Shown here: positions 1-9,247 of the stretch, one piece after another
Numbering within the stretch: position 1 is the first letter of the stretch
How the letters are laid out: the number at the start of each line of letters is the position of its first letter
Source of the DNA: an uncultured Candidatus Saccharibacteria bacterium
Lineage (GTDB): Bacteria > Patescibacteriota > Minisyncoccia > Phycocordibacterales > UBA918
Direction of reading: 5' to 3'
NCBI GenBank assembly: GCA_964425625.1
Contig: CAYRMI010000005.1
Location: 79-64,078, forward strand
DNA length: 64,000 nucleotides
Notes under the pieces: model-generated
What the model was told of the DNA's origin: nothing
What the model saw: only the letters and a program-made list of their open reading frames with translations
The model's database searches: none
Translations under genes and position numbers: made by a program

Positions 1-1196
1 TGACCCCCACCGATGGAACTGCGACACGGTCCATACTCCTACGGGAGGCTGCAGTCGAGAATCTTCCGCAATGGGCGAAAGCCTGACGGAGCGACGCCGC
101 GTGGTGGATGAAGTCCTTAGGGACGTAAACACCTTTTATGAGGGAGGAAGTTTATTGACGTTACCTCATGAATAAGGGGCTCCCAACTCTGTGCCAGCAG
201 GAGCGGTAATACAGAGGCCCCAAGCATTATCCGGATTTACTGGGCGTAAAGGGTGCGTAGGCGGTTATATTAGTCAGGTGTTAAATCCTGGGGCTCAACC
301 CCAGAATCGCATTTGAAACGGTATAACTAGAATGAGTCAGAGGCAAGCAGAACTCACGGTGTAGGGGTGAAATCCGTTGATATCGTGGGGAATACCAAAT
401 GCGAAGGCAGCTTGCTGGGACTTTATTGACGCTGAGGCACGAAAGCGTGGGTAGCGAAGCGGATTAGATACCCGCGTAGTCCACGCCCTAAACGTTGTCT
501 GTTGGCTATAGGGAGTATCGACCCTCTCTGTGGCGAAGCTAACGCGTTAAACAGACCGCCTGGGTAGTACGATCGCAAGATTAAAACTCAAAGGAATAGA
601 CGGGGGCTCGCACAAGCGGTGGATCATGTGGCTTAATTCGTCGATAAGCGAAGAACCTTACCAAGGCTAGAAACCATACTGCACGCTCTGGGAAACCAGA
701 GAAGCCTTCGAGGGTGTATGGCAGGTGATGCATGGCCGTCGTCAGTTCGTGGCTTGAGCTGTTCCCTTAAGTGGGGAAACGAACGCAACCCTCGTTGCCT
801 GTTACAAGTGTCAGGCGAGACTGCTCCCTCACGGGAGAGGAAGGTGAGGATGACGCCAGGTCAGCATGTCCCTAGATGCCTTGGGCTGCACACGTGATAC
901 AATGGGTGGTACAACAGGACGCAATACCGTAAGGTGGAGCAAATCCTTATAAAACCATCCTCAGTTCGGATTGAGGGCTGCAACTCGCCCTCATGAAGCC
1001 GGAATTGCTAGTAATCGCGGATCAGCATTGCCGCGGTGAATACGTTCCCGAGCCTTGTACTCACCGCCCGTCAAGTCAGGGGAGTCGGGAGTACCCGAAG
1101 TCCCACCTAGTGTGGGCCGACGGTAAGCTCGATGACAAGGACTAAGTCGTAACAAGGCACGGCTAGCGGAAGCTGGTCGTGGATTAATTCCAATTG
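1..1196 (+). rRNA. rrs: 16S ribosomal RNA, 5'-truncated by the window edge. It runs from roughly E. coli position 330 to the 3' end.
   Basis: Conserved blocks are present: ACTCCTACGGGAGGCTGCAG, GTGCCAGCAGGAGCGGTAATAC, ATTAGATACCCGCGTAGTCC and AAGTCGTAACAAGG. Helix 45 is intact with a GGAA loop. The 3' tail reads GGATTAATTCCAATT in place of GGATCACCTCCTTA. Confidence 0.9.
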
Positions 1197-1403
1197 GACA
1201 CGTCACTCATGTGGAGGTAACTCTCATGATAGATGGCTAATTGGTCGATGTTATATGCCTCAATTGAGCATATAACGAGAAATAATACTCAATTCTCTGA
1301 AATGGTATTGGACTCCAGGGAAAGACCGGACCAAAGGATAAGACAAAAGAGAGAAAAAGCATTATCGCTTTAACTAAACTTTTGTAATTTGTGATTTTGA
1401 TGC

Positions 1404-1441
1404 AAAAGGCCGGAAACGCTTCGCGTTTCCGGCCTTTTGTC
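1404..1441. terminator. Bidirectional rho-independent terminator between the 16S gene and the convergent minus-strand gene.
   Basis: Perfect hairpin GGCCGGAAACGC-TTCG-GCGTTTCCGGCC flanked by an A-run and a T-run. Confidence 0.7.
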
Positions 1442-1463
1442 GTTTGGCATTCCTTACTAAGAG

Positions 1464-1835
1464 CTAAGGGCAGGCTTTTGGATCTGATTTCATAATAAAA
1501 TCAGGACAAGGTTGAGTTTGGTCCTTTAAGCCAATAGAATCAACTAGTAGATTTATTATTCCCCAAAAAAGAATCAGAAAGGTAAAAGCGGCTACACTGT
1601 ACACCGCCAGGTCTTTAGCTTTATCGCGACCCTGTTCATTACTACCCTCGATGACGAAGTAGCGAATGACGTTTATGACAAACATCAAGAAGGCAATACC
1701 AAACAGAAAAGGGATGACAGTATCACTGATGACGATGATGGTATTTTTCATTAAGTTCTGGAGGCTTCCGGCTGCCAGCGCTGGGTAGGGTAAGAGGCAA
1801 AGTAGTAAAAGACTGGTCAAGTAAGTATTTTTCAT
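1464..1835 (-). CDS. Small secreted/membrane protein with a signal peptide plus two hydrophobic helices. The topology is VirB2/TrbC-pilin-like, but the function is unknown.
   Basis: N-terminal signal MKNTYLTSLLLLCLLPYPALAAGS, then two ~22-aa hydrophobic segments. The terminator lies immediately downstream. Confidence 0.4.
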   Translation of the reverse strand: MKNTYLTSLLLLCLLPYPALAAGSLQNLMKNTIIVISDTVIPFLFGIAFLMFVINVIRYFVIEGSNEQGRDKAKDLAVYSVAAFTFLILFWGIINLLVDSIGLKDQTQPCPDFIMKSDPKACP

Positions 1836-2062
1836 AAAATTAAGTATAGCTTATTTTACTATTAGACAGTCATAAACCTCCACAGTTTGACTGTAGATGC
1901 TAAATATGCTCTAATATATGCCGATTAACAACGGCGAGGGCCTTGCGTTCATGAAAAATTTGCAGTTTCGCTGGTGGTGGAAACCCTTGGTAGGGTTTCT
2001 CACTTTTCTGGTTTTTCTGTTACCGATGATTTTGGCTACCTAAACAATAAGGAGGAAATGAG

Positions 2063-2269
2063 ATGAAAAATATTCCGGCCCTGATCGAGGCCTGGAACAC
2101 TGCCATCAAGCGGTCGCTTCAGAGCTCTTGGAGGGATGTCTGCTGGCATTGCCACCAGCCAACCCATCCGAAGCGCTGGCAAGTCGGCCTGTTACTGGCG
2201 ATCGTTGTGGTCTTTTTAATCTTGTTGTGGCGGGTGTTGGTGCACCCGCATCTCAACTGGCTTCCTTAG
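2063..2269 (+). CDS. Small protein (68 aa) with a C-terminal transmembrane anchor and a His/Cys-rich N-terminus.
   Basis: Strong RBS AAGGAGGAAATGAG-ATG. CWHCHQPTHP motif. C-terminal hydrophobic helix. Followed by a clean terminator. Confidence 0.5.
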   Translation: MKNIPALIEAWNTAIKRSLQSSWRDVCWHCHQPTHPKRWQVGLLLAIVVVFLILLWRVLVHPHLNWLP

Positions 2270-2275
2270 GCCACG

Positions 2276-2322
2276 AAGGCCGGTCAATAAGTTTTTGAAA
2301 ACTCATTGACCGGCCTTTTAAT
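2276..2322 (+). terminator. Rho-independent terminator.
   Basis: AAGGCCGGTCAATAAG...CTCATTGACCGGCCTTTT hairpin plus a T-tract. Confidence 0.7.
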
Positions 2323-2413
2323 ATGCGTAATTTAGCCCTTACAATTTTCAGACTTATTTGTTATAGTAGCGGACACGAAACGAAGAGGATAGATGAGGTG
2401 TAAAACCCTCAGT

Positions 2414-2487
2414 GCGCGCTTAGCTCAGATGGCTAGAGCATTCGACTGATACTCGAAAGGTCCTAGGTTCGACCCCTAGAGCGCGCA
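2414..2487 (+). tRNA. tRNA-Ile (anticodon GAU). CCA is not encoded.
   Basis: Cloverleaf read by eye: acceptor GCGCGCT/AGCGCGC, D-arm GCTCAGATGGCTAGAGC, anticodon stem TTCGA/TCGAA with loop CTGATAC, T-arm CTAGGTTCGACCCCTAG and discriminator A. The tRNA sits inside an extended 14-bp stem (2399-2413 pairs with 2487-2501). Confidence 0.85.
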
Positions 2488-2876
2488 CTGAGGGTTTTAC
2501 TGTGCGCGCGAGCGATAAATCTTGCCTTGAGGCAAGATTTATCCGGTCGTGTAGCGAATCGCCGTTATTAAGCTGGCGAGACAGGCGATAGGGAGTTGGC
2601 TAGAGCATTCATGATGTACAGCCCGCATATATTATTTTCTCCCTGTGAGGTCGAAACTAATATTGCGTCTGTATAAGTTCGCAATAGTCGACACTGCGTG
2701 TCTCATTTGCTCACTTAACTCGAAAGGCTGAAACAGTTTGGGAAACTGTTTCAGGACCTTTTGAGCATTTCTGGAGTTTACGAACAGAAAGACCAAAAGG
2801 TGTACTGCTCCTGTAAGGAGATAGGTTGACCCAGAATTCAAGGAGGCAAGTAGCCGACTATGAATTTGGAAATACT

Positions 2877-2982
2877 CTTGTGGTGCGAACCCCTAGAGCG
2901 CACCACAAGGGCATTTCATTTTTATAGTCGTTCTTCTCCTTAAAAATTGGTCACGCACTGAGGGTTTTACTGTGCGCGCGAG
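2877..2982 (+). repeat. Partial duplicate of the tRNA-Ile 3' half and downstream flank. It comprises an 11-bp hairpin mimicking the T-arm/acceptor and a 28-nt exact copy of 2487-2514.
   Basis: CTTGTGGTGCG-AACCCCTAGA-GCGCACCACAAG resembles GGTTCGACCCCTAGAGCGCGC. CACTGAGGGTTTTACTGTGCGCGCGAGC is present at both 2487 and 2955. Confidence 0.6.
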
Positions 2983-3078
2983 CTGAAAATCGCGCAAGCG
3001 ATTTTTCTGATTCCGATCGAAGGGAGGAAAATTCCGTTGTGAACTTGTGAACAGGATGGGGGTATGGTTAGAAGTAAA

Positions 3079-3112
3079 CAATCACCGGCCTTAGGGCCGG
3101 TGATTGTTTACT
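3079..3112 (-). terminator. Terminator for the minus-strand two-gene unit 3965..3128.
   Basis: AAACAATCACCGGCC-TTAG-GGCCGGTGATTGTTT palindrome. Confidence 0.6.
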
Positions 3113-3127
3113 GTGATGAGAAATAAA

Positions 3128-3331
3128 TTATTGAATTGGAAGCGGATTAACTCCGACTACATCCTCGACCGCCTTTAGTCTTTGTTCAAAACTAATAGAA
3201 CTTTGCTCCATTTGCATTACGGTAGTTTTTAACTCCAGAGCAAGCATACCCACAAAACCGGCAAAACTCAGACATAATGTCCAAGCAATCGGTTGAAAGT
3301 ATTTATATTGCTCTAATTTTTTTGGTTGCAT
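3128..3331 (-). CDS. Small membrane protein (67 aa), hypothetical.
   Basis: One hydrophobic helix. Lies between the DedA-like gene and a terminator. Confidence 0.35.
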   Translation of the reverse strand: MQPKKLEQYKYFQPIAWTLCLSFAGFVGMLALELKTTVMQMEQSSISFEQRLKAVEDVVGVNPLPIQ

Positions 3332-3389
3332 ATCTAGAAGTATAACAAATTACAAATTATGCAACAGGCTTTTCCACCACCTTGAAGAT

Positions 3390-3965
3390 TTACGTTAGTA
3401 GGTATTTGAAGATGTTATCGACGCCTAAAGCAGCGAAAGTTTGATAGAAAATAGTTCCTAGTAGTAAGGGGACAATAATGCTACGAAATTGGATGCCAAT
3501 AATACCAAGCGGAATGAGGAAAACCTCGTCTGGTAACGGCATGAGAGCAGTGAAGCCAAAAATTAAATAAGGGGCGTATTTCTTTTGATTGTGGTAAAGA
3601 GTGAGGAGTTTCTCTTGTATCTTTGGGTAGTGTGTCTTGGTAATTCCGCTACCATATCGACCGATGCCATAGGAAAGCAAATTAGCTAGCATTGTACCCG
3701 TGACTAGTAGGGTTATGATGGTAAACAGATTCATACCACCGGCAGTAAAGACTGGAACAAAGGTGGCTGCTGGTACTGGAATGAAGAGGTTTAGTCCAGC
3801 AATGAAACTAATGATAAGCACACCGAGATAGCCAAATTCTTGAATGAGTTTTTGGGAGTAGGTGTCATTAGTCACAAATTGAGTCAACCAAAAAGCTAGA
3901 GCAACCACGACAAGAATCAGGATAACAAAAAATGACAGACGAATGGCTTTTGTTTTTCTTGACAT
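3390..3965 (-). CDS. DedA/VTT-family (SNARE-associated-like) integral membrane protein.
   Basis: Multi-TM protein. PLPDEVFLIPLG-like VTT motif. Confidence 0.5.
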   Translation of the reverse strand: MSRKTKAIRLSFFVILILVVVALAFWLTQFVTNDTYSQKLIQEFGYLGVLIISFIAGLNLFIPVPAATFVPVFTAGGMNLFTIITLLVTGTMLANLLSYGIGRYGSGITKTHYPKIQEKLLTLYHNQKKYAPYLIFGFTALMPLPDEVFLIPLGIIGIQFRSIIVPLLLGTIFYQTFAALGVDNIFKYLLT

Positions 3966-4036
3966 AGGTTGATTGTGATTGTATCACAAAATTGTAATTA
4001 GGTGGCAAATTACTTAATTTTGCGTATGATAGAAGA

Positions 4037-5422
4037 ATGAAAAAAGTAGACTATTTTCAGGGTAAGAAGGTTACCCTCATGCGGGTAGGACTAATCGGAA
4101 GAGGAATTGGTGACGCAGCTTATATCGCAGAAGCTGGTGGGCAGGTGTTGGTAGTTGATGATGCACCACAAAGTGTGATGCAACCGGCCGTGGATGCTTT
4201 GGCCGAATATCCAAACATCACTTTCAAATTTGGTTCGTACGACTTTGTTGACTTCAAAGAGGCAGACTTGGTGGTAGTAGGAGCAGGCGCTCCTCTTGAG
4301 GAACCGGTCCTCCTTAAGTGTAAAGAGGAGGGAGTGCGACTGGTCCAAAGCGCGGCTCTTTTTGCTGAGCTTTCTCGTGTACCTATCATCGGGGTTACTG
4401 GCACGCGTGGTAAGAGCACCGTGACTCATATGATTCACCATGTCCTATCGTTTGCGACGGGGGAGGAAGTACTACTGGGCGGGAATGTGCGTGGAGTTTC
4501 CAATCTCCAACTACTCAATCATGCCCACGAAGATTCTCTCTGTGTCATGGAGCTAGATAGCTGGCAGTTGCAAGGTTTCGGCTGGGCAGGCATCTCGCCC
4601 CAAATTGCAGTTTTTACCAACTTCATGGATGATCATTTAAATTACTATCAGCGCGGAGGTAAGAGTTATGAAGAGGCGATGGATTTATATTTTCAGGACA
4701 AGGCACAGATCTTTCTCAATCAAGATGATAGTGGAGTTTTTATTACCACCCCCGCGGTGTTTGAACGAGCTAAAAAATTGGCTGGCTCACTCGGGCAAGA
4801 AGTGATTTTGGCGGATGCCTCGGTAATTCCCGACGATTGTCTTTTGTCGATGCCGGGCGAACATAACCGCCTCAACGCTGCTTTGGCCTACGAGGCGCTT
4901 AAGGCCACTGGCCTAAGTGATGAAGAGATTTTTGATGGACTGGCTTCGTTCCCGGGTGTGCCCGGACGGTTGCAGTTAGCGGGGGAGAAAGATGGGGTAC
5001 GAATTTATAATGATAACAACGCTACCACCCCGACGGCTACCGCAACCGGTATCAAAGCGGTCGACAATCCGCCAACTAGCGAGAAAAATGTGATTCTGCT
5101 CATGGGTGGGGCGGACAAGGGACTAGATCTTACAGTACTTCTCCAAGCCATAGCTGAGTCAGTTAAAGCGGTGGTGCTATTACCTGGGACTGGGACAGAT
5201 AGATTTAAAGAAGCCTACGCTGCGAATAGTACGGTTAACCGTACTACAATTACAGAGTGCGCCTCGCTCGAGGAAGGAGTAAAGACCGCGCTCGCCTTAG
5301 GCGAGCGCGGTGACGTCCTCCTGTTCTCTCCCGCCTTTGCTTCCTTTGGTATGTTCAAAAACGAGTACGAACGCAACGATGAGTTTATGAGGGTAATTGA
5401 TACCTATGAAGACGGAGAATGA
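4037..5422 (+). CDS. murD: UDP-N-acetylmuramoyl-L-alanine--D-glutamate ligase (MurD).
   Basis: Mur ligase P-loop GVTGTRGKST. HNRLNAALA, YNDNNATT and LMGGADKG motifs, in MurD order. Confidence 0.8.
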   Translation: MKKVDYFQGKKVTLMRVGLIGRGIGDAAYIAEAGGQVLVVDDAPQSVMQPAVDALAEYPNITFKFGSYDFVDFKEADLVVVGAGAPLEEPVLLKCKEEGVRLVQSAALFAELSRVPIIGVTGTRGKSTVTHMIHHVLSFATGEEVLLGGNVRGVSNLQLLNHAHEDSLCVMELDSWQLQGFGWAGISPQIAVFTNFMDDHLNYYQRGGKSYEEAMDLYFQDKAQIFLNQDDSGVFITTPAVFERAKKLAGSLGQEVILADASVIPDDCLLSMPGEHNRLNAALAYEALKATGLSDEEIFDGLASFPGVPGRLQLAGEKDGVRIYNDNNATTPTATATGIKAVDNPPTSEKNVILLMGGADKGLDLTVLLQAIAESVKAVVLLPGTGTDRFKEAYAANSTVNRTTITECASLEEGVKTALALGERGDVLLFSPAFASFGMFKNEYERNDEFMRVIDTYEDGE

Positions 5423-5424
5423 AA

Positions 5425-6199
5425 TTCTGAGTAAGGTTCGACCTTACTCAGAATGCAAGGAGAAAGATTGAGTAAGGTCGAACCTTACTCAAAAATAGTT
5501 TTGGTTATATAATATTAAGAATGAGTATTCGCATTCATTCCATACCTGATGAGTATTACCATATCTATAATCGCGGGGTTGATAAGAGAGTTATCTTTAA
5601 TGATGTGCATGATTACCAGCGTTTTCTCTTACTTTTGTTATTGTCTAATGATGTGTCTCCTACCAATATTAGTCAATCAATACGTGATTATTCAATACCA
5701 GAGTTAATTTTAAAACCACGGACTCCAATCGTTAAAATATCTTCTTTTTCACTACTTCCCAATCATTATCATCTGCTCGTCTCTCCAGTAATCGATAGAG
5801 GGGTGAGTTTGTTTATGCAAAAAGTTGCCACCGGCTATACGATGTACTTTAACATTAAGGAGGAACGTACAGGTTCTTTGTTTCAGGGGAAATACAAAAT
5901 AAAACATGTGACTGATGACAGGTATCTTAAATACTTATTTGAATATATACACCTTAACCCAATAAGGGAAGAATTTGATACAATACAACCAAGTCAAGTA
6001 AAAACTTTAGTTAGTAAGGCGGAAAGTAATCCTTGGACTAGTTTGTCGGTCTATAGTGGTAGTGAGTCGGGGAGGTTATCTGACGCTGTAATTAATAAGA
6101 CGTTATTTGAAGAATTATTTATTTCCTACCAAAAACACCTACATTCACTTTATGACTGGAAAGCGGATGATTTTGAGTAAGGTCGAACCTTACTCAAAA
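5425..6199 (+). mobile_element. REP-associated tyrosine transposase (RAYT) unit. Two REP-like palindromes lie upstream (5425-5453 and 5468-5492) and one overlaps the stop codon (6171-6199).
   Basis: Three copies of GAGTAAGGT-(T)CGA-ACCTTACTC palindromes bracket the Y1-transposase gene. The unit is inserted between murD and murC. Confidence 0.7.
5521..6180 (+). CDS. IS200/IS605-like Y1 HUH transposase of the RAYT (TnpA-REP) type.
   Basis: YHIYNRG N-terminus, HUH motif PNHYHLLV, GSLFQGKY and YIHLNPIRE. These are the classic RAYT blocks. Confidence 0.75.
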   Translation: MSIRIHSIPDEYYHIYNRGVDKRVIFNDVHDYQRFLLLLLLSNDVSPTNISQSIRDYSIPELILKPRTPIVKISSFSLLPNHYHLLVSPVIDRGVSLFMQKVATGYTMYFNIKEERTGSLFQGKYKIKHVTDDRYLKYLFEYIHLNPIREEFDTIQPSQVKTLVSKAESNPWTSLSVYSGSESGRLSDAVINKTLFEELFISYQKHLHSLYDWKADDFE

Positions 6200-6232
6200 G
6201 ATGGTATATGAAGTACCTTATAAAAAAATGAT

Positions 6233-7531
6233 ATGAAACTCAGCGATATTAAAAAAATACATTTCATCGGCATTGGGGGGATTGGGATGTCGGCTTTGGC
6301 GCGGTTTTTTTTGCGAGAAAAAAAGACGGTCAGTGGTTCAGATAGAGCTAGCTCACAGATAACCGACGCACTAGAGAAAGAGGGGGTGCAGTTTTTCCCC
6401 GCCCAAGTGAAAGAGAATATCGTCGAAGATATCGATATGGTGGTTTATACCGAAGCGATGGCACATGATCAAGAAGAGATGGTAGCTGCCAAAGCGCTGG
6501 GTGTGCCGATGATGAATTACTTTGAGGCGTTAGGACTGGTGGCCAACGAATACTATTTAATCGCCGTCTCGGGTACCCACGGCAAGACCACTACCACCGC
6601 CATGCTGACGGATGTTTTGGAAGAGGCTGGTCTAGACCCGACGGCTATAATTGGCTCACTGCGCTCCAAGACTGGCAGTAACTTTCGCGGGGGCAAGAGC
6701 AAGTACGCGGTGGTGGAAGCCTGTGAGTACAAGCGAGATTTTTTGCACTTGAGACCAAACGTCTTGGTTATAAATAACCTCGAATTTGAACATGTAGATT
6801 ATTATAAAGACTTGGCGGATGTTCAGGATGCCTTTCATACGATAGCCATGAGTGTGCCAGAAGACGGCTTTATAGTGACTGATTCTAGTAACCCCGCCAT
6901 TGCTCCGGCGCTAGAGGGAGTGGCGGCTAAGGTAATAGACTATCGGAAATTTATTGATCCCACACTCGCTCTACATCTACCCGGTTTTCATAACCGCTTA
7001 AATGCCGCAGCTGCTATGGCGGTAGCTAGTTGCTTGGGGCTAGATACCACAGAGACCAAACAGACGTTAGAAAATTTTGCCGGGACGTGGCGTCGCTTTG
7101 AATACAAAGGGACGTTTGTGAATGAGGGTGGGCGAATCCCGGTTTATGACGATTATGGCCATCATCCCACCGAAATCAAGGCCACTCTAGCCGGAGTAAG
7201 GGAACTTTATCCAAATAGTACTGTGACAGTAGTTTTTCAGTCGCACACCTATACTAGGACACAAGAATTATTTGCTGACTTTGTGACTGCTCTAGCCAAA
7301 GCCGATCAGGTATTTCTTCTACCAATCTACGCTGCGCGCGAGGAAAATCTTTCTGGCGTTAGTAGTGAACAATTAGCCGAAGCCATCCTTAAGACCGGCA
7401 TACCAGCCAAAGTTTTCTTAACTAAAGAAGCAGTCACACTAGCAGTAAAAGAAAATACCACGGCCGGTGGGGTAGTTATCGTGATGGGGGCGGGAGATGT
7501 CACAGAGGTGGCGACCCAGCTTATCTCCTAA
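6233..7531 (+). CDS. murC: UDP-N-acetylmuramate--L-alanine ligase (MurC).
   Basis: HFIGIGGIGMSALARFF N-terminus, SGTHGKTTTT P-loop and HNRLNAAAA. Confidence 0.85.
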   Translation: MKLSDIKKIHFIGIGGIGMSALARFFLREKKTVSGSDRASSQITDALEKEGVQFFPAQVKENIVEDIDMVVYTEAMAHDQEEMVAAKALGVPMMNYFEALGLVANEYYLIAVSGTHGKTTTTAMLTDVLEEAGLDPTAIIGSLRSKTGSNFRGGKSKYAVVEACEYKRDFLHLRPNVLVINNLEFEHVDYYKDLADVQDAFHTIAMSVPEDGFIVTDSSNPAIAPALEGVAAKVIDYRKFIDPTLALHLPGFHNRLNAAAAMAVASCLGLDTTETKQTLENFAGTWRRFEYKGTFVNEGGRIPVYDDYGHHPTEIKATLAGVRELYPNSTVTVVFQSHTYTRTQELFADFVTALAKADQVFLLPIYAAREENLSGVSSEQLAEAILKTGIPAKVFLTKEAVTLAVKENTTAGGVVIVMGAGDVTEVATQLIS

Positions 7532-7536
7532 TCTGT

Positions 7537-8076
7537 ATGTATGACATCTTAGTTTTGGCCCAAGGAATGTATGACAAAGATCAGGTTCTTTCTCTGTCAT
7601 CTCGGGTGAGGACTATGGCGGCTATTAAGTGGATTCGTGATAATCATATGGCCGATAAATCAGTTATTTATTTTTCGGCTAATAACCCACCAAATTATTC
7701 ACCATCGGAGCCGACTTTGGCTGAGGTGATGAGAGATTTTGTGAAAGATATATATGAAGGAGAAGTAGTAGCTTTGACTGAGCCCTGTAACTTCACGACC
7801 AAAGGGGAGGTCAGTAAGTTTTTAAAAGTCTCAATCAATCGCCCAGTTGTTGTTAGTGGGCGATACCATCTCCCGCGGTTATTTTTTTATTTATGGGAAG
7901 CGCGCGGTCTTACCTACGCTAGGCAGGCGATTTATGTCACAGCCACTAGGGACAGGGTAAGTCTAAAACAATGGTTTACGGAGATAGTAAAAATTCTAGT
8001 TATTTTGCTCCCCGAATCACTTCAGTCAAAACTAGAGTATTGGTACGCCAAGAGAACACATAAATTGGTGAGTTAG
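7537..8076 (+). CDS. Hypothetical protein, possibly YdcF/DUF218-like.
   Basis: The ORF is tightly packed between murC and rsmI. The family assignment is weak. Confidence 0.4.
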   Translation: MYDILVLAQGMYDKDQVLSLSSRVRTMAAIKWIRDNHMADKSVIYFSANNPPNYSPSEPTLAEVMRDFVKDIYEGEVVALTEPCNFTTKGEVSKFLKVSINRPVVVSGRYHLPRLFFYLWEARGLTYARQAIYVTATRDRVSLKQWFTEIVKILVILLPESLQSKLEYWYAKRTHKLVS

Positions 8077-8111
8077 TTCTTTTTTGTTAATGTGGTAGTC
8101 TAATTTTAAAT

Positions 8112-8855
8112 ATGGCCAGTGAAAAAACTAAACAAGAAGAACCGGGGAGACTTTCAGTCGTCGCTACGCCCATTGGTAATTTGGAGGATATTACTCTGCG
8201 CGCTTTACGTGTTTTCAAAGAGGTAGACTACATCCTTTGTGAAGACACTCGAGTGACGGGCAAGTTGTTGGCCCATTACGAAATCAAAGCTAAGCTCAAG
8301 CGCTACGATGCTCACGCGAACGAAGGGGTTCATGAAGCGATTTTGGCTGACTTAGAAGCTGGCCAGCACATTGCTCTGGTGTCTGATGCGGGTACACCCT
8401 GTGTGTCTGACCCGGGCGTGTTTTTGGTGGCCAAGGTACGCCAGGAACTTCCTGAAGTACGGGTTGATGCCATCCCGGGCGCCTCGGCTCTGACAGCTAC
8501 TTTTTCAATTGCTGGAGTAGCGGGCAATGAGTTTATTTTCCTCGGCTTTGTCCCGCAAAAGAAAGGTCGGGAAACATTCTTTAAGTCATTGGCCGACTAC
8601 GAAATCCCGGTCATATTTTATGAATCCCCACACCGGATTATGAAGACTTTAACCTCTATCCATACTCATCTCACGCCAAGACCGAACATGAGTGAGGTCG
8701 AGCAAAACCTTCCAATCGATTGGAAGGTTACAGTGGCGCGCGAGATTACCAAAATGCACGAGGAAGTAGTGCAGGGGACGCCTGAGGAAGTCCTGCAGTA
8801 CTTCACCGACCACCCCGACCATGTCCGCGGAGAGTTTGTGGTTGTGATAAAATAA
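8112..8855 (+). CDS. rsmI: 16S rRNA (cytidine1402-2'-O)-methyltransferase RsmI (tetrapyrrole-methylase fold).
   Basis: LSVVATPIGNLEDITLRALRVFKEVDYILCEDTR and SDAGTPCVSDPG motifs. Confidence 0.85.
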   Translation: MASEKTKQEEPGRLSVVATPIGNLEDITLRALRVFKEVDYILCEDTRVTGKLLAHYEIKAKLKRYDAHANEGVHEAILADLEAGQHIALVSDAGTPCVSDPGVFLVAKVRQELPEVRVDAIPGASALTATFSIAGVAGNEFIFLGFVPQKKGRETFFKSLADYEIPVIFYESPHRIMKTLTSIHTHLTPRPNMSEVEQNLPIDWKVTVAREITKMHEEVVQGTPEEVLQYFTDHPDHVRGEFVVVIK

Positions 8856-8863
8856 GTGCATAT

Positions 8864-9247
8864 ATGGACAAGTTTAAACTGTACCTACTTAAATTCTTTC
8901 AGGTTATGTCTGGCGCATTTAGTGGTTATGCTCTGTACTGGTTCGGTTTTTTTGCGTTCGCATGGTTTGGTCTCATAAATGACGATGGTTGGGGTTTAAT
9001 CTCATCATTGTTGATAGCCTTAGGATCAATCCCGGTTATTGTTATTATTGAATGCTTCATTTGGTTACAACTGAGAAAAAAGCTTGAGACGAGACGAAAC
9101 TATCATTTATATATACTTGGAGTAGTTATAGCCGTCGTCCTAATAATCTTTGACGTGAGGGAAGTCATGGTCCCACTTAGTGAAATGCTATTTTTACCTA
9201 TAGTACTTTTTTTTGACGAAATTTTTTCTCTCCTCTTTCAACTCTAA
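8864..9247 (+). CDS. Hypothetical integral membrane protein (~4 TM).
   Basis: Hydrophobic profile. AT-rich. Confidence 0.4.
   Translation: MDKFKLYLLKFFQVMSGAFSGYALYWFGFFAFAWFGLINDDGWGLISSLLIALGSIPVIVIIECFIWLQLRKKLETRRNYHLYILGVVIAVVLIIFDVREVMVPLSEMLFLPIVLFFDEIFSLLFQL

Noticed and set aside
991-1206. 71-aa minus-strand ORF inside the 16S rRNA gene.
   Set aside because: It lies entirely within conserved rRNA sequence and is a spurious reading frame.
2632-3081. ORFs 2632..2841 and 2893..3081 on the minus strand, downstream of the tRNA.
   Set aside because: No RBS. They overlap the tRNA-flank duplicate and hairpins and are more likely non-coding.
4091-4441. Two antisense ORFs (116 and 99 aa) within murD.
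   Set aside because: They are fully overlapped by the well-supported murD frame and have no RBS.
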